In this document: positions 11,702 through 26,500 of the stretch, in pieces
How positions within the stretch are numbered: the first letter of the stretch is position 1
Layout of the letters: the number at the start of each line of letters is the position of its first letter
Assembly (NCBI RefSeq): GCF_001194135.2
Contig: NC_068984.1
Span: 144,753,179 to 144,811,028, forward strand
Source: Octopus bimaculoides
Lineage: Eukaryota
Direction: 5' to 3'
Length of the DNA: 57,850 nt
Made by a program: the position numbers and the translations under genes
The notes under the pieces: model-generated
Databases searched by the model: none
What the model saw: only the letters and a program-made list of their open reading frames with translations
What the model was told of the DNA's origin: nothing

Positions 11702-12904
11702 TGTATGTATATATATATATATATGTAACTATTCCAATTCCAATGAATACAGAGATTCATGCATCTGCATATTTCTTTATTTTTGCAGTCAATTTTAGAG
11801 TATATTTGGTTTAAATTTGTCTGACGCCTGTTTCTGCTGTGTAGAAAACTAGCAATGGCATTTGCATCCACCTACTTTTGACTGGTTAGTATTTTATGTA
11901 ACTTTATTCAAGGTCCGTCCCCTCATGTGCGTGTGTAGGCTTGGCTAATATCATTTTGCTAGTTTTGAGTGAAAAGACTATGGGTGGAGGGTAGATTTGG
12001 AAATTTGATATGGCGGGTGACACGTAAAAGCACCCACTACACTCTCTGAGTGGTTGGCATTAGGAAGGGCATCCAGCTGTAAAAACTCTGCCAAATTAGA
12101 TTGGAGCCTGGTGTAGCCATCCGGTTGCACCAGTCCTCAGTCAAATCGTCCAACCCATGCCAGTATGGAAAGCAGACGTTAAACGATGATGATGATGATG
12201 ATGATGAAAACTGCTATATGGTTGAGATCATCCTGACCTTAGGCTTAAGTTTTAAATGAAAGTCCTCGAACTTTAAGTAGGTGAATGTGTATTTGTTTGA
12301 CCCTAGTTGAGTGTCCAGTTTGCGATCTTCTGATATTGTGTACAACTGTTGGCTTTTAAATCAAATTATATTAAATATAAGAAGTATAAATAAACTTATT
12401 TATGAGGTCAAAAATTTCTCTGTATAAATCGATTTTCAGATTATATGCAGATTCCACATCCTATATGCATTGCAGGAATTTTGAGATAATTTAATTTAAG
12501 ATCACTGATTGCTACTTGAAAGTCAAACCAGATATTATCCTCTGACATTTACCTTGTAAACACAGGCACCTCCTATTTACATGAAGGTTATTAACTTATC
12601 TCTTCCATGGAAGAATTTGAAAGTCCATCACTGTTGGTGCAAACATCTTAAAGTTGGTCCTTGTCTACTGTTAAGCAAATGGTGTTTAACCGTGAAAATG
12701 TAGAATATTTTTGCTATGCACAAATTGCATCTTTTTCTTCTGATTACCTAAGATTCCCTTATATTTATTTTTCCCCATCTTCTCTCTATTCTTAAATGAA
12801 ATTTGTAGTCTCACCTTGCAGTTTGTTGAGCGTGCACCTGTATAGACAAATTTCCTTCTGACATTAACCCTACATCTGTATACTAAATTTTGGCTCATAC
12901 ATTA

Positions 12905-13275
12905 GCTGAGTTCCTTTCGAGTATTGGGCCTCACGGAGGCAATGACTGAGAATGCTTTAGAAAAAGACCCATCAAGCCAAGCAAACTTGCAGTAATGGCA
13001 GATACCAATGTCATGCAAATTGGCACCTGTGCTGGTGGCACGTAAATGCACCCCAGTGTCATGCAAACGGCACCCGTGCCGATGGCACATACAGGCACCC
13101 ATTACACTCTCAGAGTGGTTGGCGTTAGGAAGGGCATCCAGCCGTAGAAAACCATGCCAAATCAGACTGGGGTCTGGTGCAGTCTTCCAGTGTGCCAGCT
13201 CTGGTCAAAACTGTCCAACCCATACCAGCGTGGACAACAGATGTTAAATGGTGATGATGATGATGATAATGATGA
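12905..13275 (+). mobile_element. RTE LINE 3' end (ORF tail plus 3' UTR ending in (GAT)n); representative of the most abundant ~200-bp repeat here
   Basis: ggcctcacggaggcaatgact (GLTEAMT) runs into gagtggttggcgttaggaagggcatccag...ccaacccatgccagcatgg...aaatgatgatg. Other copies at ~6686-6845(-), 12010-12206(+), 28100-28170(+), 28310-28465(+), 33850-34345(+), 34810-35035(-), 36735-36950(+), 38810-38990(+), 41115-41340(-), 44611-44882(+), 48020-48115(-), 49562-49780(-), 50470-50680(-), 51618-51830(-), 53650-53937(+), 55146-55236(+). Confidence 0.8.
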
Positions 13276-16200
13276 CATTCAGCATTTAAAGAGCAAATTT
13301 TATTTTTCCACAATTGCAAAGACTTTACTAACCCCTTCTCTTAGTGGGACTAGAATCATAATACCTTCTCTGGTTGTGGATCTCCTATTATTTATATTTC
13401 AGCTATCATTTCGGCCGTCCATGTTGTTATGGCCAGCTGCTTTAAGACTTGTAACAGTTATCTCCCTTCCACTGCCTCTCTCCTTTCTCTCTCATTGCCT
13501 GGAAGTGTGGTCTGTGGGTTCCTTTCTGATTGACTATTTACCTTTCAGGCTCTAAGTCCATGGTTGCTATCATTAACAGTATTATTATTATTACTATTAA
13601 TCCTACCAACTACTTTACCATTGACTCTTGTGTTCTGGAATTCAGATATTCTCTTAGTATTATGTGTCACTGTAATTTGTGCAAAGTTTTTGCTGGTAGA
13701 AAAAGCCATTCTGATATTGTGTCTTTTAAAGATTTTATAGTATTTGACTCAGGAAAATGTTTATCTACAGTGGTGAAGAATTTTCATGGAATATTAGACA
13801 TTGTTTGCCTACCATATACTGCATCATACAACAATGTAGCCCTTGATTTATGTGTTCTTTTGTGGATGTCTATATCATTATTATTATTGTTATTATTATT
13901 ATTGAGTGAAAGAGCAGTGCATGCCATCAAAGTGACACTGGGGTAAAATATATAAAGTCCAGTATACCCATCATGACTACCCGTCTGATAAAGGTATACC
14001 AGGCACATGCATCACATGGTGATCTCATATCATCATAAACAGCGAATGACCTTGCAGGTGGGGCCCAGTTAGAATTTTCCTCAGGTTGAGTGGCCCATAC
14101 TGCTCAAAAGGGACCTGAATAAGGGTTGTTTAAGGATGTTTCCAAAGGTGAATTATTCAGTATGCCAGCCCAGTCAAACTGTCCAACCCATGCCAGCATG
14201 GACAATGGATGTTAAATGATGATGATGACGTTGTCTGACCATTCTATCCTCAATATTCTCCTTCAGAACCACATTTCACAGCTCTCCAAGAACTCTCATT
14301 CCTGAAGTTATAGACCATGCTCCACTTCCATACATTAACACAAGGTAGACATAGCAGTTCCATATAGGGATCTTGATGCTCAGAGTATGTCTTCCTATTT
14401 ATAGGAAACCTAAGGACCATATTATCCAATATGCTTTTTATTTCTCCTTAAAATGACAGGCTATGCTTTGAATGAGATTTCACTGCTATTTCTAGCATTT
14501 TGAGTGACCACATAAGGCTTCCTTCTGTTTAACACACTTATTTCAATGTGGAAAATAGAAAATGAAAGCTGAAAATTCTTCTTAATTTATGAGTGAGTCA
14601 GCAGATAAGATCTTCATGTTAAAATGATACTAGATACTATAATATCACCATTTTAAGAAGAGAAACAGTCCTACCTATTGGGACCAGGTATTGATTGCTC
14701 ACCTGGGTGGGACTGTGGTTTTTTTTTTTTTTTTTAAACTATTTTGTTTCTCTATTGGTGCTTTTAATGTTGAATATAATTTCATTTTATTTTGAAAGTA
14801 TTCCAGTAAACACTGACTTGCTTTTACAAGAATAAAGCTGTGATACAAAATATACCAGTTATATATTGGGGTTGGAGCTATTCAGCTCTGTCAGTTTTTT
14901 CTTTCAGCAACAAAAATATTACCCCCCCCCCCAACATTTCTGTATCTGTGTGTGTGACCTGGTTGATCTGTGGCTGTGAGGTAAAGAAGCTTGCTTCCCA
15001 ACTACTTGTATATGCACAGCTGTGGGGTCAGCATTAACTGATGAAGGCCTTACACTATGCTTAATACCGTTATTGTACAGTAAAGAGAGGTTTATGTCTA
15101 AGACATAGATTAACATTCTCACCTGTTTGGTAATCATGTTGTGTGATGATGTCAGAACTCCATCATCAGCATTGTTATGTTTATTCTTTCATGGATCAGA
15201 TGGAATTTGTTGAGACAGATTTTCTGCCACCAGATGTCCTTCCTGTCATCAACCCTCTCCTTTTTCCAAGCAAGGTGACACTTCTCCATGACCAGACATG
15301 TTTTCATGGAAGACTGGAAACGAACAACCTCACTTGTATGATGGTGATATTTGTTTACAAACACCATGTGATGTCTAGACAAAGGTACATACACACATGG
15401 CAGGCGTCCTTTAGTTTCCATTTACCAAATTCACTGACAAGGCTTTGCTCAGCCCAAAACTATAGTAGAAGACACTTGCCCAAGGTGCTTTGCATTGGGA
15501 CTGAATTGGAAACCAGCTTTTTAACTGCACAGCCACATCTGCTGTGTCTTAATTTCATCTTTAAATAAAGGATAAAAATGGAACTTCTTCATCTGCAAGA
15601 AATAATGCATGTGATCATCAGATGATGTAGTCCTAGATACACTATGTCTAGAATAAAAGACTTGATGGTCATGGCTAGAATACCTTAGACTGAAACATGC
15701 CTGGGATTGGCTATGGACAGCTAAAGTTCAAACTGTGTCATTAATAGAGTTTATTTTTAATTAAGATTAATTAAAAATTGTTGGCTGACTACTTTAATTA
15801 ATTGTGTTAAGCAACCACTGACTTTTAACTTTGATCCTAGTCTGCTGGGTGAGGATTGACCAGGAAGAAGGAGAGAGAGAGAGAGAGAGACGTGGGCAAT
15901 TACAACAACAACAAATTCAGAACATACAAAGTAGAAAAAAAAAAGGAAAAGAAAGGAGTTGTCTGTGAGATTGTTTTAATTGGAATTGAAGCAACATTTT
16001 TAATTACATTGAAAGATGGATTGTCACACAATGGTTAGACAGGATATTGGAACTTTTCTTTGTTTATTTTCATTTCTGGCAACATCTGTTGAGTGGAGGG
16101 AGTGGCTATAGTTACCAAAAATGTCTTGTTGGCAGTCAGAATGAACCTCACAGAATCACAAGTATCATGAAAGCACTCTCTCGCTTTTTCTTTGTCTGTC

Positions 16201-17476
16201 ATTCTTTCTCTCTCTCTCACACATGTGCACACTTTCTTTTCGTCCTCTTCGTGCTAGGTAAAAGCAGAGATGAAATGGTTATGTTGATAGAATATTTGAC
16301 AACTATAGCATGGACCAGGGGTTCATATTCACAGCAGCTGTTTTTTTTTTGTCTTTTAGTTTCTGGGGCAGAACATTTAATTCACATACTTTCAGAGGGA
16401 GTGTCGAGTGTCACCTGTGATAGACTAGTGGCCTATCCTGGGAGAGATTTCTCTCTCATCCACCAAAACACCGAGCCACATTATTATGCCAGTCTTAATA
16501 CTTTCTCACCAGAAAGCTCCCCGCCACCCATTATACCACAGAAAACAGACCCCAACAGAATTACGCACACGTGTGTGTGAATACATATGTATGTGTGTGT
16601 AAATACACACACACACACATACATGAATATGCATATTGTGTTATATAAACAAATATTAACAAAATAATAATGGGAAATATCAAATGACAGAACTTTATTG
16701 TTGTTGTCACAGTTTATATTATTCATCATCATCATTATTATTATTATTATTTGGGGGTGGATTGGCAGAATTGTTGGAGCATCAAAATAAAATGCCTTGC
16801 AGTATTTCTTCCATTTCTTTATGTTTTAAATCCAAATAAACCTTTTATCCTTTCTGGGATTGATAAACTAAAGTACCAGTGACATACTGAGGGTCACGGT
16901 TATTGACTGGCCCCCATCTCTCACAATTACTAGTCTTGTTAGAAAATTACTATTTCTAAATCTCACAATGAGAGATATTCAGCAACTGTACTTTGGAGTA
17001 AAGATTGTTTGCCAGCATAACATGGCAATCTTGGTTCAGGATGAATGTTGTTGTAATTTAGCCCCAGGCGACATCATCTCCAGCTGGCCTTATATTTCCT
17101 GGGGCTAAATTACAGCATCATTTGTCCTAAACCAGGACTGCCACATTATGTTGACAAACAACCTTTACTACTAGTCCAGTGCCTATATTAAAAACATTAT
17201 TGTTATTATTATTATTATCAATGCTTGGGCAGGAGACACTTGGCAGTGCCTGAGGAATTTCAATTCAATTTGGTCTCCCAATAGTTAAAACGGTGAGTTA
17301 ACATTGCTTTCCCTTATTTGGGCATTGGTAAAGTAAGTCCCTATAGTAGACAGAGGGTGATGAAATCAACTTTACGTTCTGCCCCCTCCCCCGCCCCCAG
17401 TCAAGAGGTCATATATCATTACTCAGAAAAAAAAAAGTTCTTGTCATTATTTCCTGTTGCAAGGCACAAAGATAGC

Positions 17477-17510
<34 letters not shown>

Positions 17511-20500
17511 TTACTGACTAACGCTCTTGTCAGTTATGTGTCTCAATTAGATCTGATCAATGGAACAGTCTGCTTGTGAAATTAACATGCAAGTGGCTGA
17601 GCACTCCACAGACATATATATACCCTTAACATATTCCTGGGGGAGATTCAGCATGACACAGAATGTGACAAGGCTGGCCCCTTTGAATTACTGGTACAAC
17701 TCATTTTTTTTTTCTACTCTAGGCACAAGTCCTGAAATTTTTGGGGAGGAGGAGGCCAGTCAATTAGATCGACCCCAGTACGTAACTGGTACTTAATTTA
17801 TCTACCCTGAAAGGATGAAAGGCAATGTTGACCTTGGCGGAATTTGAACTCTGAACGTAAAGACAGATGAAATACTAAGCATTTCGCCTGGCATGCTAAT
17901 GTTTCTGCCAGCTTCCTGCCTTAGGTACAACTCATTTTTGCCAGCTGAGTGGACTGGAGCAACGTGAAATAGAGAGTCTTGCTCAAGGACACAATGTGAC
18001 ACTAGGAATCGAACTCATGATCATCAAGCTAAGTATCCTAACATTAAGCCATGTACCTACATATTATGTATGTCTTGCTTTACTATATATATATATATAT
18101 ATATCATTTGTGATGATGAGATGGGTTGGGAAATTTGACAGGATCCAGTGTGTTGAAGACGAAGTCTCACTCCAGCATCTAAATGAAGCCGAGACAGAGC
18201 AGGATGTGCTTCTGCAACACATCCGATCCTGTTGAACCACCTACCCCCACCTTAACACACAAAGTGCCTCTAAAAATGATTTTTATACTTATACAAACAT
18301 ACAAGTCTGATGAAAGCTAGTAAGCCAAAACTTCAAAGTCACTGTTACTCCACTTCTTGTAAAATTATAACTGTTATGGCTGACATTAAAAAGTATTGAG
18401 CAATTCTTCAGTTTAATGTCAAATTGTTTTTATTATAACTCAACAGAAAAGACATTAATATATTTACATGTACACACATACATACATACACTCTGGAACA
18501 AGGCACATATATGCTCCATTGAGTATGTTGTGATTAGTTAAGTGACATATTATTCAGCAAAGTGCTCAAAAAACTAACCATATAAATTAGGGATTATTTG
18601 GGGCTATGACATTAAGTCTACACAGTAAAGAAGACTGGTTTCTGAAATTGTACACAAACTTGTCTATTATAAATTTTATTAACCGTTTCTCCCCCCCGCC
18701 CCTCATGTCTTTGCTATTTTGATAATGCTTATTTTTTTGTGTTAATCCTAAAGCATTATGATGTTACACTAATTCTATTCTTTGTACATTGGAGATATAA
18801 CAGCAAAGATCCATATACTATCAGTAAAATTATGGACTGCTGTCTGCTGGGAAGCTGCTTTAAAGGGTTTTGACTGGATTATATCACCTCTGGTACTTAT
18901 CATTCTCTACTTGTTGAACCACTATGTGATCAGATACAAATACACAAACATGACAACTTCCACATAGTTTCCTTCTACCAGTTTCATTCACAAGTGATTG
19001 TGGTCAGCTGGAGGCAACAGTAGAAGATACTTGGCCCCCAAGGTGCCACCCAGAGGGACAAAGGCTGAAGCCATGTGGTTGTCAAACAAACTTCTTAACC
19101 ACATGGCCATACATGAATGTATGGCTCAGTTTGCACCCCGGGGGAAAATGTCTTCTGCTGTAGCTCTGGACCAGTCAAAGCCTTCTGAGTGAAGTTGGGA
19201 GACAGAAACTCTGTAGAAGCCCCGATCTCTCTGTGTTAAATAAGGAGTTCATTGTTAACTTGGTATTTATAATTTAACTAAATGTCCTGACATAAAATTA
19301 CGATGGAAGGTATGAATTTAAAACCGCTTTTGTGCTATAGAAGCAGGGGTGGTCTCGGGCTGGTTTTTATTGAGGGTGGCTGCGATGGGTCGATAGATTA
19401 ATGTCAGCCATAACAGTTTGTAAATATCTGTATTGAATATTCTTGGGATAAATTGGAGAATTTTCTTAACACCAGCTGCTTATCTGTGAAAAATGGACCA
19501 AAGAAACCAGCTGGGTAACAATGTCAGCTTTACTTTGAAACCATATCCAGGGTTGTAGTTTGAGGAGAACTGCTATTCTTTCCATTGCAGGGGATGTCTG
19601 GTGGAGTCTGATGTCGTAAATTACAGAGGAAGCTTCTGCAATTTCCTGCTGATCAACCGGTACGTCTACAGACATTATTATTCTAGTTTAGTTTCCTTTA
19701 TGCTTGTCTGAATGAGATGTAAATTACTTCTCAAATGACATCAACTATTTATTGTTGAAAATGGAACTACCTTCAGCAGCAACCAGGTAAAACCGAAGAA
19801 AGTAAGAGTTATGTGCTGGGTCAAGACCCTTAGTAAGTTTGGCGCTTATGATTATATACATTATAGTTCAGTAATGAAACCTCATAACCATCAATTGAGG
19901 TTTCTAACAGGAGTAGAAGGCCATAAACTTTTGGGAGAGGAAACGGCTTCAACAAAATTGATGTTAATACAGATGCAACACGGACAGTCCCGAACCTCTC
20001 TTAATCTGCATTGATTTACACTAATTGTATTTTATTTAATTATTTAATAATTGTCTAATTTTGTTTAATTTAGAGTGTTGATGAAGGTGATCAACTCCGG
20101 TTCAGAAAATTCAGTCATCCAGAAAAGACTTTGGAAACAAAGGTTGCGGAAAAAGATCAGTTTTGTGCCTGGAATTTTGATGGGTCCTTAGTGACCCCAG
20201 AATGATGAAAGGGTAGGTTAACTTTTATGGAATTTCAAGTCAGAATATAACTAAGCACCACAAAGCATTTTGTTTGTTGCTCAACTGATTCTACTAAAGA
20301 CAGACTTGTTGTTGTTCACTAAATGTTTGTTTAATTTGTATCTTTATATCGTCCAACTGTCAACTTGGAACTGTTGAAGAGGAACACGAAGAGCACTGGT
20401 CTTGTCAGTCTTGAAGGGTCTGTTAAAAGCCATTGGTATAGATTCTTCTTCCAGACCAAACCATTAACCCTTTGGCATTCAGATTACTCTCCCAAATGCA

Positions 20501-23500
20501 AGGCTTATTTATTCACCATTGTTTGGAATTAACCATGCACCATCTTGTTATTTAAACATTTCAATGACATTGTAGAGGTGTGAAAGGTCAGATCTGGACA
20601 GTCGGGACATAAAACAAGTAGAATGGGTTGAATATACGGCTGGTTTAAATGCTAGAATTAAAGTTAAAAAGAAAACTACCTAAATGATCAATCTCAGAAA
20701 TAGATATTAGAAAGCTAAGTTGAAATTGATCTGCCCCACATGGTTTTTGTTATAATCCTTCATAATCTTTGCACAAGGTTATGCATCTTTTGAAGTGAAA
20801 AAAAAAAAAAATACTTATTTTAATCAAGTGGTATTACAAGAGATTAGGGAAATGACAGTTGAAAATGTCATTGGTAGGATTTGAACTCGGGTTGAAGAGG
20901 GAAGTACCTTGACATTGTAAGGTATTTTTATTATTATAATGATAATGAGATGTTAAGCCTAGAAGTATGAGAAAGACAGTCATGCTAGGATTTGAACTCA
21001 GATCACTGGGTATTGTACTCAGTTATGAAAAAAAATAATCTATAAAAATTACTAGAATTACAATGGTTTTTAATTTGGGGTTAGACACAAGGCCAACAGT
21101 ATTTTGAAGGGATGAGCATAGTCTATTTTATTGACCTCAGAGAGATAAAAGGCAAAATTGATTCTAAGAATTTAAAGTGTCAAATGAAAGAGAGCAAAGG
21201 CATTTTTTTCTGATGTGTAAAGGATTCTGCCAAACCCTCACCCTAGTAACAACCACAATAATTGTCATCATTTCTCGTTTCTTATTTCAGTACAAGGCCA
21301 GCAATTTTTAGAGGGAGACGATTGTTTATTACAAAACATAAGATGGTAGCAGTTATTTAGTGTCTTGCTTAGAGCAGGGCATGAACCCAAGGAGTCTTGA
21401 GTTGGGGTACATGAGTCACTGGTTTAATATGAATATTGACAGGCACCATAGGTTAGTAATAAGTTAGTGGAGCATTGATCACTCCAAGTCTTTTCACTTA
21501 CATAGTTCTCCTCGACAAAGGTCACTCAGCCCTCCTTGTCAAAATAAAAACCCAATACTAATGTAATAATTATAGATTTCCTGACACGAACAAAGAAACT
21601 CAATTTTATTGCTGAAGGAAAAAAAAAAAAAAATTATGACATTCAAGTTGTGGAAGGGAAGCAGATTACCAGCAAGCTAACTCTGTGGAATGCTCTCAGT
21701 TCCTTCAGAACAGGTTTGCTTCCAATGATATTTCTAATGAAGCTGAGAAAGGCATTGACACCACACCATGCTTAATTCCATCTTTATTTACAAGTACGAT
21801 GACTTCGTTTCTTAGTAAAGAATCTACAACCTCCTGATCTCATCTTTTTGGGGTCATTATTCCCCACACTCAAACTGGTGTAACAACCTGCCACCTTCAG
21901 GTGCAATATCTTCTCATACACACCCCACACTCACTAAAATCATCCTAAAGTCAGGAGTGATGTGGCTGATAAAAAATAAAAACATCAAAACTAGCAGTTC
22001 AAACCCAGTGATGATGATAAAATATATTGGAGGAAGAGAGAGAGAGAGAGAGACAATGCTGAGAATCTGAAAATGGCAAGTGATGCATTTGTCTCAAGGG
22101 ATTAGATCTAATACTGTTTTGTGTCAACATTCAGAACAACAAGAAACACAATGTAGTCTTGTTCTTTTCTTTCTCCACTAAACTGTTCTTTGTTTTCCCT
22201 TACAGGGGCACACGACCAGATATTTTGGAGGAAGGCTCGGTCGGTTAAACTGACCCACATACTTGGCTAGTACTTTATCAAACCCAGCAACAGGATTTGA
22301 ACTCGGAACATAAAGAGCCTTAAGTGAGTACCACAAATACGTTCTGTCTGATGCTCTACTGATTTCTACCAATCTGCTCCTCCTTCCTCCAGTATTTTAC
22401 CAATTTAAGTGGAATGTTTGTGGCATGGTTTGAAAGGAGCTGACCCCTTGTTTGCCTTTAGCAAGGCACACTCTATTGCAGGCCTTCAGGCCAAAAAGGG
22501 GTCATGGACACTGCCCTTCGTCCTCTATGCCCTTGAAGGAAAAAAAAAAAAAAAAGATTAGGAATAAAGCTCGATGCATTCTATGGATTTACTGAGAGCT
22601 TACACGAAGATAGAGATTATTAAAAATAATGAAATTGTAATGTTTTTGGAGGGTGAAATCCCTTTAGGAATAATAGCAGATTGATACGACTCTACCTGGG
22701 AAATGAAATAAAGGTAGACAGCCACAATTGACCAATACCATATTGCCAATCACCTTCCTAATAGCAATTTTTGTACAAAGACTTAAGGCCATAAATTTGG
22801 GGGCAAGGTACAATTACATTGACCCTTATACTTGATTGCTACTTCATTTTATCAACCCTGGAAAGGTAAAAGGCAAAGTGAACTTTGATGGGATTTGAAC
22901 TCAGATTATAAAGGGTCCAAACCAAATGCCAGAAGGCATTTGGTTCTAACAATTTGGTCAACCCACTGCCATTAGTTTCTAATTCAGGGAGTTAGGGTTA
23001 GAAATGGGGAGGGGGTAGTTGAATCGATGTTTGTACTTGAATGGTACTCTAATTAATTGACCCCTAAGGGTAGAAATCAAAGTTGACATTGGTAGAGTTG
23101 GAATGCAGAACCTGAAGAATGGAACAAATACTGCAAGGCATTTTGTTCAATGGTCAAATGGTTCAAGGCCAAAAATCTGGGGGAGGGGGATTAATCTCAG
23201 TACTTGTCTGGGACTTTATTTTATTGACCCTTGAAAGGATGAAGGTCAAGGTTGACCTCAGAATTTAAAGAAATGCTATTTAAGCATTTTGCCTGGGGTG
23301 GCGGGAGGGCACTATTGATTCAGCCAGATTGGCGCTTTGATAAAGGTTTCAAATTTTGGCACAAGGCCAGCAATTTTGGTGTGGGTGGGGGTGGATGTTA
23401 GTTGATTACATCGACCCTGGTACTTGACTGGTGCTTTATTTTATCAGCCCCAAGAGGATGACTGGTCAAGTTGACTTTGGCTGTGCTTGAACTCAGAATG

Positions 23501-26500
23501 TGAAGGGTTCCAGCCAACAATTCTGCCAACTTGCCACATTGATAATAATGTATTTAATTTTTTGCTTTGTTCAGGAGCCCCTAAAAATGTTAATGTCATG
23601 GATAGATTGGAACGATAAGTTGCTATTAATGATGGCACTGAATGTTTGGTGGCAAGGTCAAAGGTCACAGAAATTTAGGCAACCTGGTGTCAATATCACA
23701 AATACTTTTTAGTGGGTGGGGAGAATCGCTGTCAGAGAATCAGAAACTCTGGCAATCACAGCTGTGAGTCCCTGCTGGAGGACTCTCACCACACACACAC
23801 ACACACACACATAAGAGGTGGTCAGTATTGGACTAATACACACACACACACACATACACTTGGAGAGTGAAGAATGAAAACTGAAGAAAATACACATTAA
23901 AAACATCAACAGAAGAAAAAATAGAAAAAAAAAATTTTAAAAGTGATCCCTTCTCCAAGAGTTAGGCTGACCCCTATCTCTTTGATAATTGTACACCTCC
24001 ACAGTTGTACTCCATTCACCACATAGTACAGTTTAAATAAGAAAAAGGCAAAAAAAAAAAGCCAAAAAAAGCAAAAAAAAAAAAGCGTAAATGTGATAGA
24101 GTCATGGGAGTCCTCAGAAGGCACAGGCACTTGTATTGACTTTGAATCAATGAGTTATTTTTATATGATTAGGTTATCAAGGCTTATGTTGTACATCTAT
24201 GACTTAGTTCAGTGGAGCAGAGTGTTGATGACCAGGTCCAGTGGAATGGAGAATTGGTGATGAGGTCCAGCAGAATAGATTCTCAGTGTGGCTGTCACGG
24301 ATGGACAGCTTGGTCTTTCGGAACAGAGTATTAAAGAACTAAATGGCAGATGTATAATTCGGTCCAGCAGATTAAGGTATCAGCAATTAAGCCATAGACA
24401 TATAACTGGGCCTTGGTGATCAAGTGGCAGATGTTCTTGCTGACCAGAATATCAATGATCAGGTTATAGGATACATGGTCAAATGGTTAAGAATGTCAGT
24501 GACCAAGTTACACAACTTGTTCCAGCACAAGATAAATACCAGTAAGCAGGTAGATGGACACCAAAGATTGATACTACTTCAAAATAATAATGAACAATGG
24601 TACCTGTGTGTTTTGAATGACTAACATGACTCTAACCCAATGTAACTGGTTCAGTTTCAACTATTTTCAGATGAAATGACCTGTCAAACAAATAAACCCC
24701 TGGAATATATTGTATAAAATAAATATGAAGTTATGAAGTTAAATAATGGAATATAAAAGAAAACAACAACAACAGCAAGATATTGTGAATACATAGAAAG
24801 CTTTTTGAAAGAAAAATAACTTTTTACAACAGTTTTTTTTTGGTTCTCTTCTTGACAGTTGCAGTTAAGTAGAGTGGAGTGACTTAACCAAGGATACAAA
24901 ACAATTGTTGCAGTAGTACGTGACCACACACACACACACTAATAACCTTTTATACAGAGTCCCACAAAGATTACGATGGGATTCACACTGCTACCGACAA
25001 GTGGAGAAGTACAGCAGCAACTGTTGGATTCAGGCTAAGTCCACCTTGCCCTCCTTTTCAGTGACCACCTCCAGAATATACAGGTGTTACAGAAACAGAC
25101 TGGACAGTATATGAGAGTGGAAAGAGTATCACACTGCATCCCATACAATAAAACCACTGGTTGCTGGAATCTGCAGAATTGTCTTCATCTCTGGCATTGG
25201 CAGCTCCTTAGAATCTGCAGGCCTGTATGGAGTTTTTCAACTGACAGCCCTTGTGCCCAGAGCTCATTCGGAGCTGACTTGGGAGTTCCATAAACAACTT
25301 GTTACAGACACAAAACCTCAGATTAAATAGCAGAGACAAGTATGAGGATGTGTGATGTTCATGCTTCTACCAAAGTGGCAATGGTGGTGAAAGCAAAATG
25401 ATTATAATTTGGAACTGAAATCAATTAGAATGTTTCGCTTAACGAGGGGTTGATCTCAACTCTCTGCTCTGACCCCCATCGTATTTGTCTCCCTTCCAGG
25501 AACAAAGTCAGCAATTTCAAAGGGATCGGTGGGGTCAGTCGATGATCAAATACTTAACTGGCACTTCATTTTTATTGACCCCACCAAAAAGATGAAAGGC
25601 AAAGTTGACCTCTGTGGGATTTGAACTCACAATGTAAACAAGCGGAACAAATACCATGAGAAACTTTTTCTGATGTTGCTCTTTATAGATTCTTCTGCCA
25701 GCTCACTTCCTTAACAATAACACCTCCTGATTGAGGCCCAAGGCCAGCAATTTTGGGGTGGGTGGGGGTTAGTTGATTACACTGATCTCTAAAGGACAAA
25801 AGGCAAAACTGACCTCACTAGCATTTGAACTCAGAACATCATGGACTGAAAGAAATGCTGCTAAGCATTCATCGGACACAATGATGCTGCCTGCTTAATA
25901 ATAATAATGATCCTTTCTACTACAGGCACAAGGCTTGAAATGTTGGGGGGAAGTGGGGCAGTCGATTACATTGACCCCCAGTACATGACTGGTTCTCATT
26001 TTACCAATGTTGAAAGGATGAACGGCAGAGTCAGCCTCGGCAGAATTTGAACTCACGACGAGTCACAAGAAGTGTTGCTAAGCATTTTGCCCGATACGCC
26101 AATGGTTCTGCCTGCTTCTCACAATAATAATCAATAATATTCAATAATACTGGTTTCTGATAATTAAAAAAAAAATGAAGAGAACAGCTGGAAGCTGGGA
26201 GGTGTTCTCTTGAAATTTACCTCAGCCAACCAACTGCTAGAACCACAACAACAACAACAACAAAATCAAATAAGTGGTGGGCAGTGGTGGAGATGGTGAA
26301 AGAGTCTAGTGTTAAGGGCACTGTCCATCTTCAGCGTTATATTGAAGGAGGGCCTTTCTACCACATAGATTACTCAAGCCCCGCCTTTCCCCTCCCAGGT
26401 GCTTTCGCATTGACCACCTGAGGTCCTCTCCCCACTTTCATTCTCTCATTAACCTTCATCTGAACATGATGATGACGGTAACGATGATGGTCATCCAGTC

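Noticed and set aside
20345-20460. Minus-strand peptide TDKTSALRVPLQQF vaguely like EF1-alpha TDKPLRLPLQDV
   Set aside because: Only a few residues match and the flanks do not follow EF1-alpha; likely chance.
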